A stretch of 60,253 nucleotides of DNA, the filler included. It is 4 parts of 4 records of this genome, joined end to end, with 100 filler letters (N's around TTAATTAATTAA, not from the genome) between each part and the next. Parts side by side here need not be neighbours in the genome. Positions count along the whole stretch, not along the records: positions 21,266 to 33,884 come from SRR20825006_2508; 3 more parts are not named here. One strand, written 5' to 3'. Positions 22,021 through 31,329 of this stretch are shown piece by piece. Within the stretch, counting starts at the first letter, position 1, and each line of letters opens with the position of its first letter. The notes below the pieces were generated by a model. It was given only the letters and a program-made list of their open reading frames with translations. It had not been told where the DNA came from and did not search any database. Both the position numbers and the translations under genes were made by a program.

Positions 22021-22599
22021 ATGCAACTTAAAAATACAATTTTATTACTTTTTGTTATTGGTTTAGGAACTACAGTTACTGCCCAAAAATACAGTTCAAT
22101 TAATAAAAAGGAAATAACAAAAGAGTGGGAGAGCGCTACTTTTTCTTCAAAAAAGACTTTTGCTGAAAATATTTCCGAAGTGCCAGAATTTGAAATTTTA
22201 TCAAAATTATTAAAGAATGAATCATTGCGATTGACTATAGAAAAAGAAGAAATGGTAACCATTTTTGCTTTTACAGACGCAACATTATTAAAGTTCTCAA
22301 AGAAAAAAAGAGACTCTATTTTAAGCAAAACAAAACAGATGAATGCGATGGTTAAATATCTAGCGGTACCAGGCAGAGTAGATAGTTATAGCTTGAGAAG
22401 CGCAATAAATAAAGCAAATGGAACTACTTATTTAAAAACACTAGATGGACAAAAATTGGGTGTTAAAGAAGTAGAAGGACAACTCCAGATTATAGATGCA
22501 GATAATAGAAAAGCTATAGTTATTGCTTCAGATTTTAATCACAAAAACGGATTCTTTCATATTATAGAAGGTTTAATTTTTCCTAGCGCCGAAGAATAA
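22021..22599 (+). CDS. Fasciclin (FAS1) domain protein, divergent
   Basis: Signal peptide; TIFAFTDA (H1-like) and NGFFHIIEGLIFP (H2-like). Confidence 0.8.
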   Translation: MQLKNTILLLFVIGLGTTVTAQKYSSINKKEITKEWESATFSSKKTFAENISEVPEFEILSKLLKNESLRLTIEKEEMVTIFAFTDATLLKFSKKKRDSILSKTKQMNAMVKYLAVPGRVDSYSLRSAINKANGTTYLKTLDGQKLGVKEVEGQLQIIDADNRKAIVIASDFNHKNGFFHIIEGLIFPSAEE

Positions 22600-22623
22600 T
22601 TTCATAAAAGTTAAAAAAAGCTT

Positions 22624-22661
22624 AAAGTCCGGAAATTGCAAAACCGCAATCTCCGGACTTT
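22624..22661 (+). terminator. Stem-loop between the two fasciclin genes
   Basis: AAAGTCCGGA-aATTGC-aaaacc-GCAAT-c-TCCGGACTTT. Confidence 0.6.
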
Positions 22662-22701
22662 CGTTTATATGCACATAAAATATAAACTTAAATACATTAT
22701 T

Positions 22702-23280
22702 ATGAAATCAAAAATCTTTACAGCAGCATTATTTTCAATAGCCCTAATGGCTGGAACATCATCAATTTTTGCACAAAGTAAAATGATGAACGATGAAAAA
22801 ACAGTTTTAGTTGGTGGTGCAGCTATGTATCCAAGTAAAAATATTGTTGAAAACGCAGTAAATTCAAAAGACCACACTACTTTGGTAGCAGCGGTAAAAG
22901 CAGCAGATTTAGTAGAAACACTTCAAAGTGAAGGACCATTTACAGTTTTTGCCCCAACCAACGCAGCTTTTGATAATCTTCCAAAAGGAACCGTTGAAAC
23001 GTTGGTAAAACCAGAGAATAAAGCAAAATTACAATCTATCCTTACTTATCACGTACTTGCAGGAAACCATAGCGCAGCCACGATTATGAAAGCTATAAAA
23101 GAAGGAAATGGAAAAGCAACCTATACAACTGTTAATGGAGGTATTTTAACTGCAATCATGAAAGGTAAAAAAGTAATGCTTATGGATGAAAACGGCGGAA
23201 TGGCAACCATTACCATTGCAGACGTAAACCAATCTAACGGTGTTATCCATGTAATTGATAGCGTAGTATTACCTAAATAA
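22702..23280 (+). CDS. Fasciclin (FAS1) domain protein; start probably ATG 22702
   Basis: Signal peptide MKSKIF..., GPFTVFAPTNAAF, LTYHV, NGVIHVIDSVVLP. Confidence 0.93.
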   Translation: MKSKIFTAALFSIALMAGTSSIFAQSKMMNDEKTVLVGGAAMYPSKNIVENAVNSKDHTTLVAAVKAADLVETLQSEGPFTVFAPTNAAFDNLPKGTVETLVKPENKAKLQSILTYHVLAGNHSAATIMKAIKEGNGKATYTTVNGGILTAIMKGKKVMLMDENGGMATITIADVNQSNGVIHVIDSVVLPK

Positions 23281-23307
23281 ACTTATAGAACTTTGCCAAT
23301 ATTATAA

Positions 23308-23337
23308 TAAAAACAGCGACCTAAGTCGCTGTTTTTA
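23308..23337. terminator. Bidirectional rho-independent terminator
   Basis: TAAAAACAGCGAC-ctaa-GTCGCTGTTTTTA between the convergent fasciclin and pheT genes. Confidence 0.85.
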
Positions 23338-23356
23338 TGTTTTTAAGAAGTTTTAA

Positions 23357-25783
23357 TTATCTAAGAATAGCCCCAAATTCAGTTTCGAACTTTTGTTGAA
23401 GCTTTTTCATTATTTTATCAATCTGCTTGTCGGTTAATGTTTTTTCCTTGTCTTGAATTGTAAAGCTTAGCGCGTAGCTTTTTTTACCTTCAGGAAGGTT
23501 TTTACCTTTATAAACATCAAACAAAGTAACAGATTTTAAAAGTTTTTTCTCGGTGCTAAATGCCGCTTCCTTCAAAGCTCCGAAACCTATTGAATCGTCA
23601 AGTAACAATGCAAAATCACGTTGTGCGGCCTGAAATTTTGCAATTGGTTTTAGTTTGAAATTTTTAATTGGAATTTGTTTTAATACAGCATCCCAATTAA
23701 AATCTGCATAGAATACTTCTGTATCTACACCAAGTTCCGTTGTAATTTTTTTATTAACGATTCCTAATTCAACAATTACTTCCTTGTTTCTTCTTAAGGC
23801 GATTGCTTCTGAAAAAATATCATTTTCAGTAGCTTCTTCAGTGTATTCATCAAGCCCTAACCGATTCATTAAAGCAATTACAGTTCCTTTTCCAAAAAAG
23901 AAATCACTTTGTGTGTTTGCTGTTGCCCAGTTTGCTTCAGCCTTTAAACCTGTAATGAAAAGCGAAAGATGCTTGGTTTCCATGCGTCCACCAGGTAAAT
24001 TATGATAAGTTTTCCCGAATTCAAATAACTTTATATTACTATTTTTTCGATTATTATTATATTCTATAGCTTCTAAACCTGAAAACAACATAGATTGACG
24101 CATAACTGAAAGATCCTGACTAAGCGGATTAATCATCGTGACGTTGTAGTTTTCTTTAATAAACTCACTCAACTCGCTATATTTAGGTGATGTTAAAGAG
24201 TTGTTTAGCATTTCGTTAAAGCCAATTCCCGTTAGTTGAAGTGCTATTTTATTTTGAACCCCATAATCCTCTCCAGGTAAAACTGTAGAAATTGAGGCAT
24301 TCAATTTTTGAGTGAATTTTACATTATTATACCCATACACACGAAGAATTTCTTCAATAACATCTACATCTCTGGTAACGTCGTTTCGATATGCAGGAAT
24401 GGTCATTCCAATCCCAGTTTCGGTAATGTTATTAACCTTCATTTCAAGCGCAGTAAGTATTTCCTTAATGGTTTCTTTTGGAATTTCTTCACCAATTAGC
24501 TTATCTGCTTTTTCAAAATTTAAGAAAACTTGATGGTCTTCAATTTTCTTAGGGTACACATCAATTAATTCACTAGTTATTTGTCCGCCAGCAAGCTGTA
24601 CAATTAATATTGCTGCATAGCGAAGCACATAATCTGTGACATTTGGATCGATTCCTCTTTCAAAACGGAAAGAAGCATCTGTACTTAAACCATGACGTTT
24701 AGCCGTCTTACGAACACTTACTGGATTAAAATATGCGCTTTCTAAGAAAATACTTGTTGTTTCTGCTGTGACACCACTATTTAATCCGCCAAAAACACCT
24801 GCAATACACAATGGTTTTTCAGCATCACAAATCATTAAATCTTCTTCGTGAAGCTCGCGTTCAACTCCGTCAAGGGTTTTAAATTTTGTCCCCGAAGGCA
24901 AGGTTTTTACATTAATTATATTACCAGAAATCTTTGAAGCATCAAAAGCATGAAGTGGTTGCCCAAGCTCATGAAGCACATAATTAGTAACATCCACAAT
25001 ATTATTTATAGGTGTAAGCCCAATTGCTTTCAGCCTATTTTGAATCCAAACTGGAGACGGTCCTACTTTCAAATTGCTAATCGTAATACCGCAATATCGT
25101 GGTGCAAGTGTACTGTTTTTAACATGAACATCAATCTTTAGAGTACGGCTATCAATTCTAAAACTACTTGTAGAAGGCGTATTAAGCTTTGTTGAAATAC
25201 CTTGATGAAGCAATCCAGCTTTTAAATCGCGTGCTACACCCCAATGGCTCATGGCATCAGCGCGGTTTGGCGTAAGTCCGATTTCAAAAACTTTATCGTT
25301 TTCAATTTCAAGAACTTTAGAAAGAGGCGTACCAGGTTTTAGTTTGGCATCAAGAACCATAATCCCTTCGTGCGATTTTCCTATGCCTAATTCGTCCTCA
25401 GCGCAAATCATTCCTTCACTAACTTCACCACGAATTTTTCCTTTATTTATTTGCCAAGGTTTCTCCTCAGCATCATAAAGTGTAGTGCCTACAGTTGCTA
25501 CAGGTACTTTTTGACCCACCGCTACGTTTGGTGCGCCGCAAACTATTTGTATTGGTTCGCCCGTGCCAACATCAACTTTAGTTACTTTTAATCGGTCGGC
25601 ATTGGTGTGTTGTTCACATTCCAAAACGTGACCTACAACAACGCCTTCTAGTCCTCCTTTTACAGATGAAAAATCTTCTATTCCTTCTACTTCAAGACCG
25701 AGATCTGTCAATAATTCGCCCGTTTTTTCAGCGTCCCAAGGAAGGTTGATAAATTGTTTTAACCAGTTGTATGAAATAGTCAT
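23357..25783 (-). CDS. pheT: Phenylalanyl-tRNA synthetase beta subunit; start probably ATG 25783
   Basis: MTISYNWLK, IVCGAPNV, LTPNRADAMSHWGVARDL, SFRFERGID, C-terminal FDX-ACB domain (RDFALL...KKSYA). Confidence 0.97.
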   Translation of the reverse strand: MTISYNWLKQFINLPWDAEKTGELLTDLGLEVEGIEDFSSVKGGLEGVVVGHVLECEQHTNADRLKVTKVDVGTGEPIQIVCGAPNVAVGQKVPVATVGTTLYDAEEKPWQINKGKIRGEVSEGMICAEDELGIGKSHEGIMVLDAKLKPGTPLSKVLEIENDKVFEIGLTPNRADAMSHWGVARDLKAGLLHQGISTKLNTPSTSSFRIDSRTLKIDVHVKNSTLAPRYCGITISNLKVGPSPVWIQNRLKAIGLTPINNIVDVTNYVLHELGQPLHAFDASKISGNIINVKTLPSGTKFKTLDGVERELHEEDLMICDAEKPLCIAGVFGGLNSGVTAETTSIFLESAYFNPVSVRKTAKRHGLSTDASFRFERGIDPNVTDYVLRYAAILIVQLAGGQITSELIDVYPKKIEDHQVFLNFEKADKLIGEEIPKETIKEILTALEMKVNNITETGIGMTIPAYRNDVTRDVDVIEEILRVYGYNNVKFTQKLNASISTVLPGEDYGVQNKIALQLTGIGFNEMLNNSLTSPKYSELSEFIKENYNVTMINPLSQDLSVMRQSMLFSGLEAIEYNNNRKNSNIKLFEFGKTYHNLPGGRMETKHLSLFITGLKAEANWATANTQSDFFFGKGTVIALMNRLGLDEYTEEATENDIFSEAIALRRNKEVIVELGIVNKKITTELGVDTEVFYADFNWDAVLKQIPIKNFKLKPIAKFQAAQRDFALLLDDSIGFGALKEAAFSTEKKLLKSVTLFDVYKGKNLPEGKKSYALSFTIQDKEKTLTDKQIDKIMKKLQQKFETEFGAILR

Positions 25784-25807
25784 ATGTGTAAAAATCTTAA
25801 CAGTGGG

Positions 25808-25815
25808 CAAAGATA
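25808..25815 (-). promoter_or_regulatory. Bacteroidota -7 promoter element of pheT (TATCTTTG)
   Basis: TAnnTTTG match 24 nt upstream of the ATG. Confidence 0.6.
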
Positions 25816-25817
25816 CT

Positions 25818-25859
25818 ATTTACGATTTTAGATTTACGAGTTTGGATTTACGAATTTTC
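25818..25859. repeat. Heptameric/14-bp tandem repeat
   Basis: atttacg attttag atttacg agtttgg atttacg aattttc. Confidence 0.6.
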
Positions 25860-25911
25860 ACGTGAATGAGGGAAAATATAAAAATTTAAGAAGGTTGTGT
25901 ATGTAGACTAC

Positions 25912-27102
25912 TTATTTTATAGACGTTGCTTTGGTTCCTATAAAATAAAATATCACAAAAGCTGTTGCAATCGCACTTACTAAGAAGGTAACATTTGCTC
26001 CAAAATAAAACCATAATAACCCAGCCATAATACTCGCAAACATTGCCACAATACTCTGAAAAGCAGAATACGTTCCTACAGCCGTAGCTGTATTTTCGTC
26101 CTTAGAAATATTAGTTATCCATGCTTTGGAAATTCCTTCAGTAGCTGCTGCAAAAATACCATACCCAAAAAAGAGTGCTATAATTACATATGTATTTTCT
26201 GTAAGCCCCATACCAAAATAAACCAAACTGAAAATAACCAACCCAAAAACAAACATCTTTTTTAGCCCAATTTTATCTGCCATAACCCCCAAAGGATAGG
26301 CGGTAAGAGCATATATTAAGTTGTAAAATATATAAATACCTATCACCCAAGTATCATCCAATCCTGCATCTTTTGCTTTCAGAAGTAAAAAAACATCACT
26401 ACTGTTAAAGAGTGCAAAAAACAGTAAACCAAGAACTAATTTTCGATACTTTGAAGGACTCTTTTTCCAATAATCAATAAAGGAGAAGAACGATATTCTC
26501 TTCTTTTCAACTAAAACGGTAGCTTTTTTATCTTTTAGAAGAAATGACGCAAAAATTGCCAAAACCCCTGGAATAAATGCAATATAAAAAAGGTTTATAT
26601 AGTCTTCAGGGTAAAAATATAAATAGAGTAGTGCAAGCGCGGGACCAAAAACGGCTCCTAAAGTATCCATAGAACGATGAAAACCAAATACCCTTCCTTT
26701 ATTTTCCTTTGTTGTTTCTGCTGAAAGCATCGCATCTCGCGCCCCAGTACGGATTCCTTTACCCAATCGATCTACTGTTCTTGCAAAGAATATCCACAAC
26801 GGATAAACAAAAAACGCCATCATAGGTTTTGAAAGCGCACTAAGCGAATATCCAAGCTGCACGAAAGGCGCACGTTTCGCTTTACTATCACTTAATTGCC
26901 CAAAATAACCTTTGCTTAGCCCAGCAATAGCTTCTACCAACCCTTCTAAAATACCTATCAAAAGAATTGAAAATCCTATGCTTTTAAGGTAAATAGGCAT
27001 TATTGGGTACAACATTTCACTCGCCATATCTGTAAACAGACTAACAAGTGAAAGGATCCAAACGGTTCGCGTGATGGGTTTCAAGGTTTTTAACATCTTC
27101 AC
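25912..27102 (-). CDS. MFS transporter
   Basis: 12-TM pattern; LVSLFTDMASEM, DRLGKGIRTGARDA, FGFHRSMDTLGA. Confidence 0.9.
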   Translation of the reverse strand: MKMLKTLKPITRTVWILSLVSLFTDMASEMLYPIMPIYLKSIGFSILLIGILEGLVEAIAGLSKGYFGQLSDSKAKRAPFVQLGYSLSALSKPMMAFFVYPLWIFFARTVDRLGKGIRTGARDAMLSAETTKENKGRVFGFHRSMDTLGAVFGPALALLYLYFYPEDYINLFYIAFIPGVLAIFASFLLKDKKATVLVEKKRISFFSFIDYWKKSPSKYRKLVLGLLFFALFNSSDVFLLLKAKDAGLDDTWVIGIYIFYNLIYALTAYPLGVMADKIGLKKMFVFGLVIFSLVYFGMGLTENTYVIIALFFGYGIFAAATEGISKAWITNISKDENTATAVGTYSAFQSIVAMFASIMAGLLWFYFGANVTFLVSAIATAFVIFYFIGTKATSIK

Positions 27103-27190
27103 CTTAAAGATAATTCAATTTAGTATTCCCACATTGTTTTTAGTTCCTCTAATGAAGTGTTGCAATTTTAAAAATATAACATTCAAAACC

Positions 27191-28417
27191 TTAAGAACGT
27201 TTCAAATTCATAAATCGCTGTAAAAGTGTAGGGTGCGAATAATGCGCAAACACATAAAGTGGATGCGGTGTAAGGTTGCTTAAACTGTTTTTAGAAAGTT
27301 TCTTTAACCCAGAAATTAGTGGAGCAGCTGCATAGGTGTTTTTAGCATAATCATCGGCTTGGTATTCAAACTTTCTGCTTAAATAATTCATCACTAAGCC
27401 GGTAATACCTGAAATTGGACTATATAAAACCCCAAATGCAACCAAACCAATATGAAATGAGGGCTGCGATACATTTAAAGCCTCTGAAAGCAACGGGTTT
27501 CCAATAAATAACGATAACAACCAAAGGGTAAAACCTGTAGTTAATATTGCTGTAAAAAGATTTATAATGATATGATTACGTTTATAATGGCCAACTTCAT
27601 GCGCAAGCACGGCTACAATTTCCGCTTCGTCCAAATCTTTTATAAGTGTGTCATAAAGAGTTACTCTTTTTTCACTTCCAAAACCAGAAAAATACGCATT
27701 TGCTTTCGTACTTCGTTTACTACCGTCAATTACAAAAATTTTATCGAGCTTAAAACCCACTTTTGTCGCATATTGTTCTATTTCTTTCCGCAAAGAACCT
27801 TCTTCAAGTGGGGTTTGTTTATTAAACATCGGCACAATAAAGCGTGCATAAAAAAGATTCATCAATATAGTAAACACAGTAATGACTCCCCATGCATATA
27901 ACCAAAAACTTTTTCCAGCACTTTGGTAAAACCAAATAATAGCACTTAAAATAATCCCCCCAATAACCGCTCCCATAAACCAACCTTTCAGTTTATCTAA
28001 AACAAAAGTTTTACGCGTAGTTTTATTAAAACCATACTTTTCCTCAATTACAAAAGTGCTGTAATAACTAAAAGGAGTACTAATAATATCGCTCGCTAGC
28101 ATAATAATTCCGAAGAAAATAAGTGCAACACTAACCTCATTGTTTGAAAATGAACGAGCCAAACCATCCACATAAGCAAAACCATCTAAAAAGAAAAACA
28201 GAAGGGTTGCAATAATGGAAACTGTAGCAGTTATAAACCCAAATCGAACGTTTTCTTTTTTATAACGTTGCGACTTTTTATACGCATCTTCATCAAAAAC
28301 ATCTTGTAACGCTTCTGGTAGCGGGTCGTTAAAGTGTTTTGCGTTTAAGTAATCCAATACTTGGTCAATACTAAAACTGATGATTAGGATTACTATTAGT
28401 ATATTAAATAATGTCAT
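27191..28417 (-). CDS. M48 family zinc metallopeptidase (Ste24-like)
   Basis: DGSKRSTKANAYFSG, HEVGH (HExxH), SRKFEYQAD, YSHPTL. Confidence 0.93.
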   Translation of the reverse strand: MTLFNILIVILIISFSIDQVLDYLNAKHFNDPLPEALQDVFDEDAYKKSQRYKKENVRFGFITATVSIIATLLFFFLDGFAYVDGLARSFSNNEVSVALIFFGIIMLASDIISTPFSYYSTFVIEEKYGFNKTTRKTFVLDKLKGWFMGAVIGGIILSAIIWFYQSAGKSFWLYAWGVITVFTILMNLFYARFIVPMFNKQTPLEEGSLRKEIEQYATKVGFKLDKIFVIDGSKRSTKANAYFSGFGSEKRVTLYDTLIKDLDEAEIVAVLAHEVGHYKRNHIIINLFTAILTTGFTLWLLSLFIGNPLLSEALNVSQPSFHIGLVAFGVLYSPISGITGLVMNYLSRKFEYQADDYAKNTYAAAPLISGLKKLSKNSLSNLTPHPLYVFAHYSHPTLLQRFMNLKRS

Positions 28418-28547
28418 TTAGTAATTTATAAATTGTAATGGTTAATTAATAGAAGTAGTAGCTTTTTGTATTTTAAGCATCCCTCAATCGTCTCTCAACA
28501 CTCCTTTTTGCTTCTTAAATACTCCACAATTGTTAGTAAACATATTG

Positions 28548-28724
28548 CAAAGCTCCTTTAGTTTCCCTCAAAGCTTTTTTCACTTCACTTAGTGCTCATT
28601 TCATTTTCTTCAAAGTCATTTTCACTTCACGCAAAGCCCTTTTCATTTCCTTCAAAGCTATTTTCACTTCACTTTTTGCGCTTTTCACTTCCTGCAAAGG
28701 CATTTTTACTTCCCTTTTTGGTCT
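28548..28724 (-). repeat. 21-bp-period degenerate tandem repeat (about 8.5 units) encoding heptads xALxEVK; possible decayed ORF
   Basis: Units translate RPKREVK MPLQEVK SAKSEVK IALKEMK RALREVK MTLKKMK *ALSEVK KALRETK GAL. Confidence 0.75.
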
Positions 28725-28749
28725 TTTAATCTTCGGTAAGTGTTTTTTG

Positions 28750-29577
28750 TTACACCTTAAATCCTCTTTGTCTTTTTGCTTCAAATATAAGTATTCCCGC
28801 AGCCACAGAAACATTCATACTATCTATCTCACCTTGCATGGGTATGATGATGTTTTGTGCACTATTACGCATCCATTCTTCCGAAAGGCCCGTAGCTTCA
28901 GTACCTACCACAATTGCAGATGGCTTTTTAAAGTCTATAGTATCATATAACACAGAAGCCTGTAAGGCAGCGCAATAAATAGAAATGGTATGCTCTTTTA
29001 AAAACGCAATTATTTCAGCAGTGCTTCCCGTTGCAATAGTATTCGTAAACAAACAGCCCACACTACTTCTCACAATGTTTGGATTATACATATCAGTTTT
29101 CGGATTGGCTATAAGTATCGCAGTTACATTTGCAGCATCCGCAGTACGAAGCAACGCACCAATATTTCCTGGTTTTTCAGGAGCTTCTGCAATCAAAATT
29201 AAAGGCGCTTCATTCAGCTTAGATGGCGATGTAAAAATATCAAGGTTTGCAATATCTAGATTTTTCGATAGTGCAACCGCCAAAACACCTTCTGTAGAAC
29301 CTCTATACGCTAGTTTTTCATAGATTTCTGAAGTAATTTCTATGAATTCTGTTTTAGCACCCACCGTTTCTTTAAGTGAAATAAGGGCTTCTTCAGAAAT
29401 AATTCCTGTACAATAAAGAAGTGTTTTAAGTTGATACCCACCCTTTAACGCCAAAGAAACTTCACGCAAGCCTTCAATAAAAAAAAGATTGGTTTTTTTA
29501 CGTTCACGCGACTTTTCTTGTAGTAAAACAATTTGTTTTATCAGCGGATTATGAAAACTTGTAATGGTTTTATGCAT
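28750..29577 (-). CDS. TrmH/SpoU family RNA methyltransferase; start probably ATG 29577
   Basis: EKPGNIGALLRTADA, VVGTEATGLS, IPMQGEIDSMNVSVAAGI. Confidence 0.93.
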   Translation of the reverse strand: MHKTITSFHNPLIKQIVLLQEKSRERKKTNLFFIEGLREVSLALKGGYQLKTLLYCTGIISEEALISLKETVGAKTEFIEITSEIYEKLAYRGSTEGVLAVALSKNLDIANLDIFTSPSKLNEAPLILIAEAPEKPGNIGALLRTADAANVTAILIANPKTDMYNPNIVRSSVGCLFTNTIATGSTAEIIAFLKEHTISIYCAALQASVLYDTIDFKKPSAIVVGTEATGLSEEWMRNSAQNIIIPMQGEIDSMNVSVAAGILIFEAKRQRGFKV

Positions 29578-29875
29578 TTGGCAAAGATAGCGTACAAATT
29601 CATAAAACCGACAAGCCATTTTAGCACCGTATTAAAACTATTTTTAAAAATAATTAAACACAATAAACAGCTAATTAAACTATGTAACCATAACACAAAC
29701 ACTTCTTTAATATGAATTTTATTTTTGTAGGAATTTCTTCCGAAATAAAAAATTGTGCCTTCCAAAATTTCTAAAAAAATAGTTAAGTGTATAGTTTCTA
29801 AATCATAAACCTTTCTAAAAAACTTCTTCAGGAGTACAAGCTTTTTTACTTTTAGCATCAACAAAAACAACCATC

Positions 29876-30712
29876 ATGAAAAAACTAATATTTATACTTA
29901 CTATTTTGCTTACACTGTATGCATGTAAGAACGATAAAAAAGGGAACGCAGACAATGCCGTAGAAGACCCTCGAGTAGAAGGCGTTGAAATAGATTCATT
30001 AAACAATGCTTCAACAGTAGTAAAGAAAATTAAAGTATATCCGCCTCAGTTACAAGCTGTTTTTACAGCACATGGCGGACTTATGCAATGGAAAAAGATG
30101 AATAACCTTTGTTTCGAAATGAAAGGGAAAAATGGAGACGAAACACACACCATTTCATTACAAAATAGAAAGACAAAAGTTGAAACAAAAGACTGGTCAA
30201 TTGGTTTTGATGGCGATCAAGTTTGGTTATTAAAACACGATCTTGGTTATGAAGGTAATCCAGTTTTTTACCATAACCTAATGTTTTATTTTTATGCAAT
30301 GCCTTTTGTTATTGCAGATCCAGGCACCAATTATGTTGCCGTAGAACCTACCTTATTAAACGGTAAAATGTACAATGGCTATAAAGTTTCTTATGATGAT
30401 GGTGTAGGAAGTTCTTCAAAAGACGAATACATAATCTATTTTGATTCAGAAACCAATAAAATGACTTGGTTGGCGTATACAGTAACCTTTAAAGACCAAG
30501 AAAAGAGTGATAACTGGCGCTATATTGCATACGATAAATGGGAAACGGTTAATGGCCTTTTACTTCCTAAGAAATTAACTTGGTGGAACGTAGAAAACGG
30601 TACCCCAAAGGACGAAAAAATGGACATTAAGTTTAATAAAATTACAATTACTGAAACCAAATTAGACAATTCAGTTTTTAAAAAACCCACTGAAGCTGAA
30701 TTCGTTCAATAA
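29876..30712 (+). CDS. Lipoprotein, DUF6503-like
   Basis: Lipobox LYAC; FTAHGG, FYHNLMFYFYAMPF, GVGSSSKDEYIIY. Confidence 0.7.
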   Translation: MKKLIFILTILLTLYACKNDKKGNADNAVEDPRVEGVEIDSLNNASTVVKKIKVYPPQLQAVFTAHGGLMQWKKMNNLCFEMKGKNGDETHTISLQNRKTKVETKDWSIGFDGDQVWLLKHDLGYEGNPVFYHNLMFYFYAMPFVIADPGTNYVAVEPTLLNGKMYNGYKVSYDDGVGSSSKDEYIIYFDSETNKMTWLAYTVTFKDQEKSDNWRYIAYDKWETVNGLLLPKKLTWWNVENGTPKDEKMDIKFNKITITETKLDNSVFKKPTEAEFVQ

Positions 30713-30739
30713 CTTTAATACGATAAATAAACAATACAA

Positions 30740-31288
30740 ATGATACGGAATTTTTGGAATGAAGAATGGAAAGATGTTGTTTTTGATGATAAAATAGCTG
30801 AGAATGAAAAGTTTAAAATCTCTAATTACGGTAGAGTTTTAAACTGTAAAAACGAAAATGAATTCTTAGTAACTGAGTCATTCATTAATGGGTATCAAAA
30901 TCTTCCGCTAAAACAAAAGCAGAACAAGAAATCTACAAGTAGATACGTTCATAAACTTGTTGCAGAGCATTTTTTAGAGCAAAACGACGGTATGTATGTA
31001 ATTCATTTAGATTATGATAAAACAAACAACCACGTTGATAACTTAAAGTGGGCTACCAAAAAAGAAAAAGAGACTCACCAGTTTAGTAATCCCGAGTACA
31101 AAAACAAACCACGTAGAATTACGTACTCTAAATTAACCGAAACGAAGGTTAAGTTGATTAAGCGTAAAATTAATGACCCCAATCGCAGAACACGATTAAA
31201 AATGATTGCAAAACAATTCGGAATTTCTGAAATGCAACTTTACAGAATTAAAACCGGTGAAAACTGGGGGTATGTTACTGAATATTAA
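30740..31288 (+). CDS. NUMOD4/HNH endonuclease-like protein with C-terminal HTH
   Basis: EEWKDV...ISNYGRV (NUMOD4), VHKLVAEHF...HLDYDKTNNHVDNLKW (HNH_3-like), IAKQFGIS...IKTGENW (HTH). Confidence 0.85.
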   Translation: MIRNFWNEEWKDVVFDDKIAENEKFKISNYGRVLNCKNENEFLVTESFINGYQNLPLKQKQNKKSTSRYVHKLVAEHFLEQNDGMYVIHLDYDKTNNHVDNLKWATKKEKETHQFSNPEYKNKPRRITYSKLTETKVKLIKRKINDPNRRTRLKMIAKQFGISEMQLYRIKTGENWGYVTEY

Positions 31289-31329
31289 AAGTTACTTAGT
31301 GCTGTAATTATTTCACACAATTGCTTTTT

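Noticed and set aside
23357-25783. pheT without adjacent pheS
   Set aside because: Separation of pheS and pheT is normal in Bacteroidota.
28596-28598. Selenocysteine or recoded TGA in the heptad array
   Set aside because: No SECIS-like hairpin or redox motif was seen. Other genes in the window use TGA as stop (e.g. zapA), so a nonsense mutation is simpler.
28548-28724. Possible CRISPR array
   Set aside because: Units are contiguous and degenerate with no unique spacers, and there are no cas genes in the window.
29533-30006. Short ORFs 29533-29715, 29541-29870 and 29815-30006
   Set aside because: They span an AT-rich divergent promoter region or overlap real genes, and have no recognisable motifs.
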